Source: Magallana gigas
Lineage: Eukaryota
Reading direction: 5' to 3'
NCBI RefSeq assembly: GCF_963853765.1
Contig: NC_088855.1
Location: forward strand, 59,210,001-59,274,000
DNA: 64,000 bases
Positions 59,301 through 64,000 of this stretch are shown in pieces. A program made the position numbers and the translations under genes. Every line of letters starts with the position of its first letter. Position 1 is the first letter of the stretch. A model generated the notes under the pieces. The model was not told where the DNA came from and did no database searches. It was given only the letters and a program-made list of their open reading frames with translations.

Positions 59301-60572
59301 AAAGGAATATCATATTGCATATTTCCGACAATAGGGAAAAGGTGTATTTGAACAAAATCAATCATACTATAGATAAAATTTACACTGTAACAAAAAAAAA
59401 AATTTTTATAAAACAATCCAAAATGCATGGAATAACTACTGCAAAATAAACAAATTAAGTCTTGGCACAATTTATATCAAAAAAGTTGTATATAATTGTT
59501 CTTTTTACGTAACACAGGATCTCTGAGTTTTGCATAATTGTTTACAAATTGTGCCATGACTTAATTTGTTTATTTTGCAGTAGTTATTCCCTGCATTTTG
59601 GATTGTTTTATATTTGTCATTTATCTATATGAATTAATGACCTTTTCTGTTACGTTGCTTATTAAGGAGGTGTATCTATCAGGCATCCATAATTTATTTG
59701 GGAGGAATTCAGAAGATTTCTGGTAAAATAAAACATTTTTATCCCGAAGTAAAAAGCAAAAGTATTTGGGATCAGTTTACTTTTTTGCTATCGTTGCTAT
59801 GAAATAAAACAAAACTTCTTGATCGATCAACGATATGGGATGATCAATCAATCTGAGCCCAATATAATGGGCCGTCCATTATAGAAATGTGACGTCATGG
59901 AATAGATCTAGAGATTCGCTGATACACACCGGAACATCAGACTGTCTTATGATACTCTAATACCGGGCCTTCTTAACTTTATCACTTGCAGTTAAAACTT
60001 TAATATAAATGCAAAACCATCATCTCCCCCAAGACGAGGCATAAATACGCTATCTGCAGCTGGTCATCTTGAATTGCTTTTTTCCATCTATGTAAGTTAA
60101 GGTTGGTAGGAACAACTTGTTTGTCAAAAGCTTAGGATATTAAAAAGAGCACGAACATCTATTTCCGAAAAAACATGAATGACTTGAGAGACTTAGACGG
60201 CGCCTGATGACCTTTCATCCGTCTCTGTCCCCCTCCTCTCGTCCATTCCGTCATCTCGTCCGTCAAGACGAGAGGTTGTACATGTTAGACAGAACACATC
60301 AGCTCAGCCTTGGGTGCTTCATCAGTCCGTAAATCGTTGACCATTTGACCGGAAATCGACAAAAATAACCACCGACCCCTGAACTGTTCACACGGCAGGT
60401 ACAAGTCCTGTTGTCCTGCCTTAAAGAGGGTAATTGTCTTATTGATTCCTTGTCCATTCATCCTGTAGGAAAGCTTCCGAAAAGCTATCTCTTGGATATT
60501 TTTCTATAAAGAACTCTTTTTCTAAGAGATTACTGCAGTCTAAAAATGGCCACGACCATCCATTTCTCTTAA

Positions 60573-61021
60573 GGTCAGACGACACGTTCCTCAATTTTAG
60601 ATAACTTTTTCCAGGAATTTGTTAATGGTTTACTACTACTTTGACAAGCTTTCTTGCAAAAAATTAGGGTACCTTACCAGGCATTTCTGCAAAATACTAG
60701 AGTATGCAATTTCCTATATAATCTTCTTGAAAATACACTTGAATTGCTGATGTAAAAATAAATACATCCACAGCACAGCGAAGTTCACTAAATTAGAACT
60801 ATATCTCCGCCGGGGCGGGGCTTTTAACTCACGACCTCTATAACCTATACGTTTCTGGCAGTGAGCGGCCACGGTTCTAACCACTCGACCATGTACACAT
60901 ATAACCAAATTCAAGTAAATTTTGATCATTTTTAAAGTAATTATAAAATTAATATTTTTTATTGGAACTCTTTATTACGAGGAGATACAAAAAAGATTCT
61001 CGAGGAACGTGTCGTCTGACC
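60573..61021. mobile_element. Kolobok-type MITE with a decayed tRNA-derived segment inside (about 60810-60895, minus strand)
   Basis: TIR GGTCAGACGACACGTTCCTC / GAGGAACGTGTCGTCTGACC with TTAA on both sides (60569-60572, 61022-61025); internal A-box-like TGGTCGAGTGGTTAGA on the minus strand. Confidence 0.85.
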
Positions 61022-62479
61022 TTAATATGAGACAGTAGATGACGTACATCGACCACACATCGATGCTTTCTTGTCCAGCACTAATGTGGGTCCTTACCCT
61101 GCAATATTTTGTTTAAAGTATTAATGTTTCTTCTCTTAAAATTGTTTGCATGACATCTGATGTAGTTGAAAAGCCCCAAAATATCAAGTCTTAACAAAAT
61201 GTTTTTTCTGATCAGTATCTCAAAAAAATCTGATCAGAATCTCCAAATTATGTACATACCCCTTTTTATAACACATTTTCAGGCAAATTCCATTTTTGCA
61301 GTGATCAAGCCAAACCAAGTTTTAAATCATTATTATTATACCAGAAACACATTTCAGTTGTCAATTTCATTGATAAAGTAGTATAAAAACGTTTTGCTAA
61401 AGGAAACAATATCAAGTAAAAAAATAAAAATTAGCCTAAATTAAAAAATGACTTATCTTGATATATTTATATTTTTGCATTTCCATGGTAACCTGGCTTT
61501 TTTGTCTTTATATTTTTTCCTGTTGCAGTTGAAAGGCTAATTTAATGTTTATAATATCTGGACTTTCAGTAGATCATTTTCACGTGTTGGTATTCATACA
61601 AATTAATTACACGTGTGTGATCCAGGAATGGAACGGACCGAAACTGGAAACCTTAATGCGTCCCGGCAGTGGATCGAATTTTCTCGGACTCGACGATGCA
61701 GTCGGTATCACCAGCATTCACTTCTCATCTTTAGCTTAGTACAGATACATTCTGTGAAATAATTGTAGGTGATCAATTTTGATTCATAGTGGAGATTATT
61801 GAACTTCATTGTTGGTAATATTATACACAGCAATGACGCTCTATTTAGGATGCCGATGGGGAAACAAGTGTTTGGTGAGCAGATTAATGGCACCCTATTG
61901 ATTCATTACAGAAAGATGCTTTGTACAGTGTTCAATAAACATTCTTTGTGATTTTTCAACAACTGACGCACCAGTCTTGACGATATTTAGATGAGAATAT
62001 ATAGACATATTGACAATGCGCGACTCATTGTACAGAAAACTGAATAACCCGAGGTCATATATAGAATGGGGAAATTTACATTAATAAAAAAAAGAACTAA
62101 TATTCTTTTTTATCAAACAAACATATAATATGAATAGTTAAAAAAAATATAGATTAATTTGTCATCTATTTTATTCCACTCCATTGTACTGCATTTTAGT
62201 TTATTTGCCGAAATTCACAAGACTTATAAGCTTTGTATCGTGTATCGATGATCGGATTTGTAATTTTGTGGTACAGTTCTTAACGCCATGCAGATCGCCA
62301 TTCAAAGATGAAGACAGGAATTTAAAAGATAGCACAAATGCCTACTTGTTTCATCGTAAAATCCCATTTCAAATTTCATTCTCTTTTCATTTCTATCTAG
62401 TAGTTGATAATTTATTAAATAATACCAGCTTCAAAAGCACAAGTTCTTTCTAGATTCAGTTTTGAATATTTTAACAAAG

Positions 62480-63118
62480 GATAAAATACCAAGAAGCAGA
62501 AAAGAGATTTTTAATGAATTTATGTATTTTCTCCATATAATCACCAGAGCCCCATCCTATCACCAGAATCCGTGACAAGGGGCCAATGAAATTCCCAATT
62601 TTTTTAAGGAGGCTGGGGGGTCAAAATATAATATAATATAAAACCATCAGATTTATTTGAAAATTTTATAGATGATTTCTGAAGCTATCAACTACTACTT
62701 GATAAAGAAAAATTTCATATATTTTAATATAAAATTTTATCATTTTCTATTATCTTTATATGGAGCTCTTCTTTTAAAGGAGATCAATATTGTCTAAAAT
62801 GGCAGCCACCCCCAGCCCCCTTAAAGGGACATTCTTCCTTATCATAACTATGCACTAGGTTCATTGGCTAAATACCATGAAGCAGAAGAGAAGATTTTAA
62901 AGGACTAATGCATTTTTTTTTCAATATAATCATTAGTGATCCGCCCTAACACCAGAACCGCTGACCCTGGAGCCATGAATTTAGGTAGAGAGCTTAATAT
63001 GCTTATTACAATCATGCCAAAAGTTTGACTGTTTGATGTCCATTAGTAAAGAAGAAGATTTTTAAAATTATATTAATTTTTAAAGTTTTAGTCACTTGAG
63101 TGACTCAGGTGACCTAAA
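62480..63118 (+). mobile_element. 3' part of a second HINE/pearl(CvA)-like family
   Basis: Degenerate ~160-bp repeats ending in the palindrome AGTCACTTGAGTGACTCAGGTGACCTAAAAA; the 5' boundary is uncertain. Confidence 0.6.
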
Positions 63119-63283
63119 AATGGATCATGTCTATATCTAAAACGTAGTTGCCATCTGTAACAAAAATGAAGAGATCTAATACGGTACACACCATTAAACA
63201 ATCTTATAAAATCGAATTAATTTTCTACAAATCAATATTATAAATCTGTTGAAATGAAAAACTTAATAGCAAAGGTTTCCAAG

Positions 63284-63314
<31 letters not shown>

Positions 63315-64000
63315 ATGAGAAACACTAGGCATGATAAAATCAGCTTCATGGAGTCATAATACAAAAACATCTGGACAATGTGGTATAATACATATGTAGA
63401 TCCTATACAAAAAAATCTGTTTCTCCCTGTATATTCTTATATTTATAATCAAGTCCCTTTTCTAACAGGATGATTTTATAGTCATATCACATTCAGCATT
63501 GCAGCTCTCAATTGTTTACATACAGTTTATAAACCCACATCAAACTCTGAAGCCCTTAGCTTGTGAGGCCCAATAATCGTCCAGGGGCCAAAGTTTAAAC
63601 AATTTTTAAAAAATAAGCAATATATATATAAAGGCTTGCATATCAGTAAAAGCATATGTAATAACATTTCAGTTTTTGTGAATAATTCAAATGTTTTCCT
63701 TTGTACAACCGAATCCACATTGTGGCCCCACACTACTCCTAAAGACTGTGATTTGAAGTTGCTTTCACTAAAGTTAAAGCTTTTCTGTGCAAATGTTTAT
63801 TTAGAAAAAGATTTAAAGATATATCTCTATATTTACCTTCGTAAAAATTTCTCTCCCCCCCCCCACCCTTGTGACCCAATCCTACCCCCCCCCCTCCCCC
63901 AGGAATCATGATTTGAATAAACTTGAAATCTCACTACCTGACGATGCTTCAAAACAAGTTTCAGCTTTCCTCCCAAATGGTTTTTAAGAAGATTTTTAAA
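63284..64000 (+). mobile_element. HINE 5' part running off the window, entering the Cg170-type array
   Basis: Starts AAACAAGAGGCCCACGGGCCACATCGCTCACATGAG like 33762; monomer text appears from about 63800. Confidence 0.8.

Noticed and set aside
60290-61700. Minus-strand spliced protein model (...VRTHISAGQESIDVWSMYVIYCLILR|MNGQGINKTITLFKAG...) using the Kolobok terminus as donor
   Set aside because: The phases fit, but the putative acceptor near 61098 reads equally well as a donor (GG|GTAAGG), and the peptide resembles nothing I recognise.

Overview
AT-rich, intron-containing animal DNA, not prokaryotic. The ~166-bp Cg170-type repeats inside Helentron-derived elements and the B-box/NHL gene style point to a Crassostrea/Magallana oyster (inference). 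Five host protein-coding loci are supported: the 3' part of TRAPPC11 (+, to 5217), TCHP (+, 8612-13509), ASPDH (-, 21906-14130), a single-coding-exon B-box/coiled-coil/NHL TRIM-like gene (+, 26502-28175) and a single-coding-exon SLC46-family MFS transporter (+, 51598-53121). The rest is dense with mobile DNA: a full-length CR1/L2-group LINE in ASPDH, a tRNA-promoter TRIM (Helenus-like), a CORE-SINE, an RTE fragment, HINE/Helentron arrays and many MITEs whose termini and target-site duplications (TSDs) can be read directly. Best leads: (1) the LINE has a 51-bp TSD that duplicates an ASPDH exon end plus donor, and a 2A-like motif in an ORF2 with no upstream in-frame AUG; (2) a miniature LTR element with tRNA-like Pol III boxes in its LTRs; (3) repeated duplications of splice junctions, one of which, with a MITE-supplied acceptor, yields a candidate in-frame 24-nt TRAPPC11 exon; (4) three sequence-unrelated hairpin families share a C(GAA)G apex. 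All exon coordinates, alignments and superfamily calls were made by eye from recalled reference proteins and terminus/TSD rules; no database searches were run.
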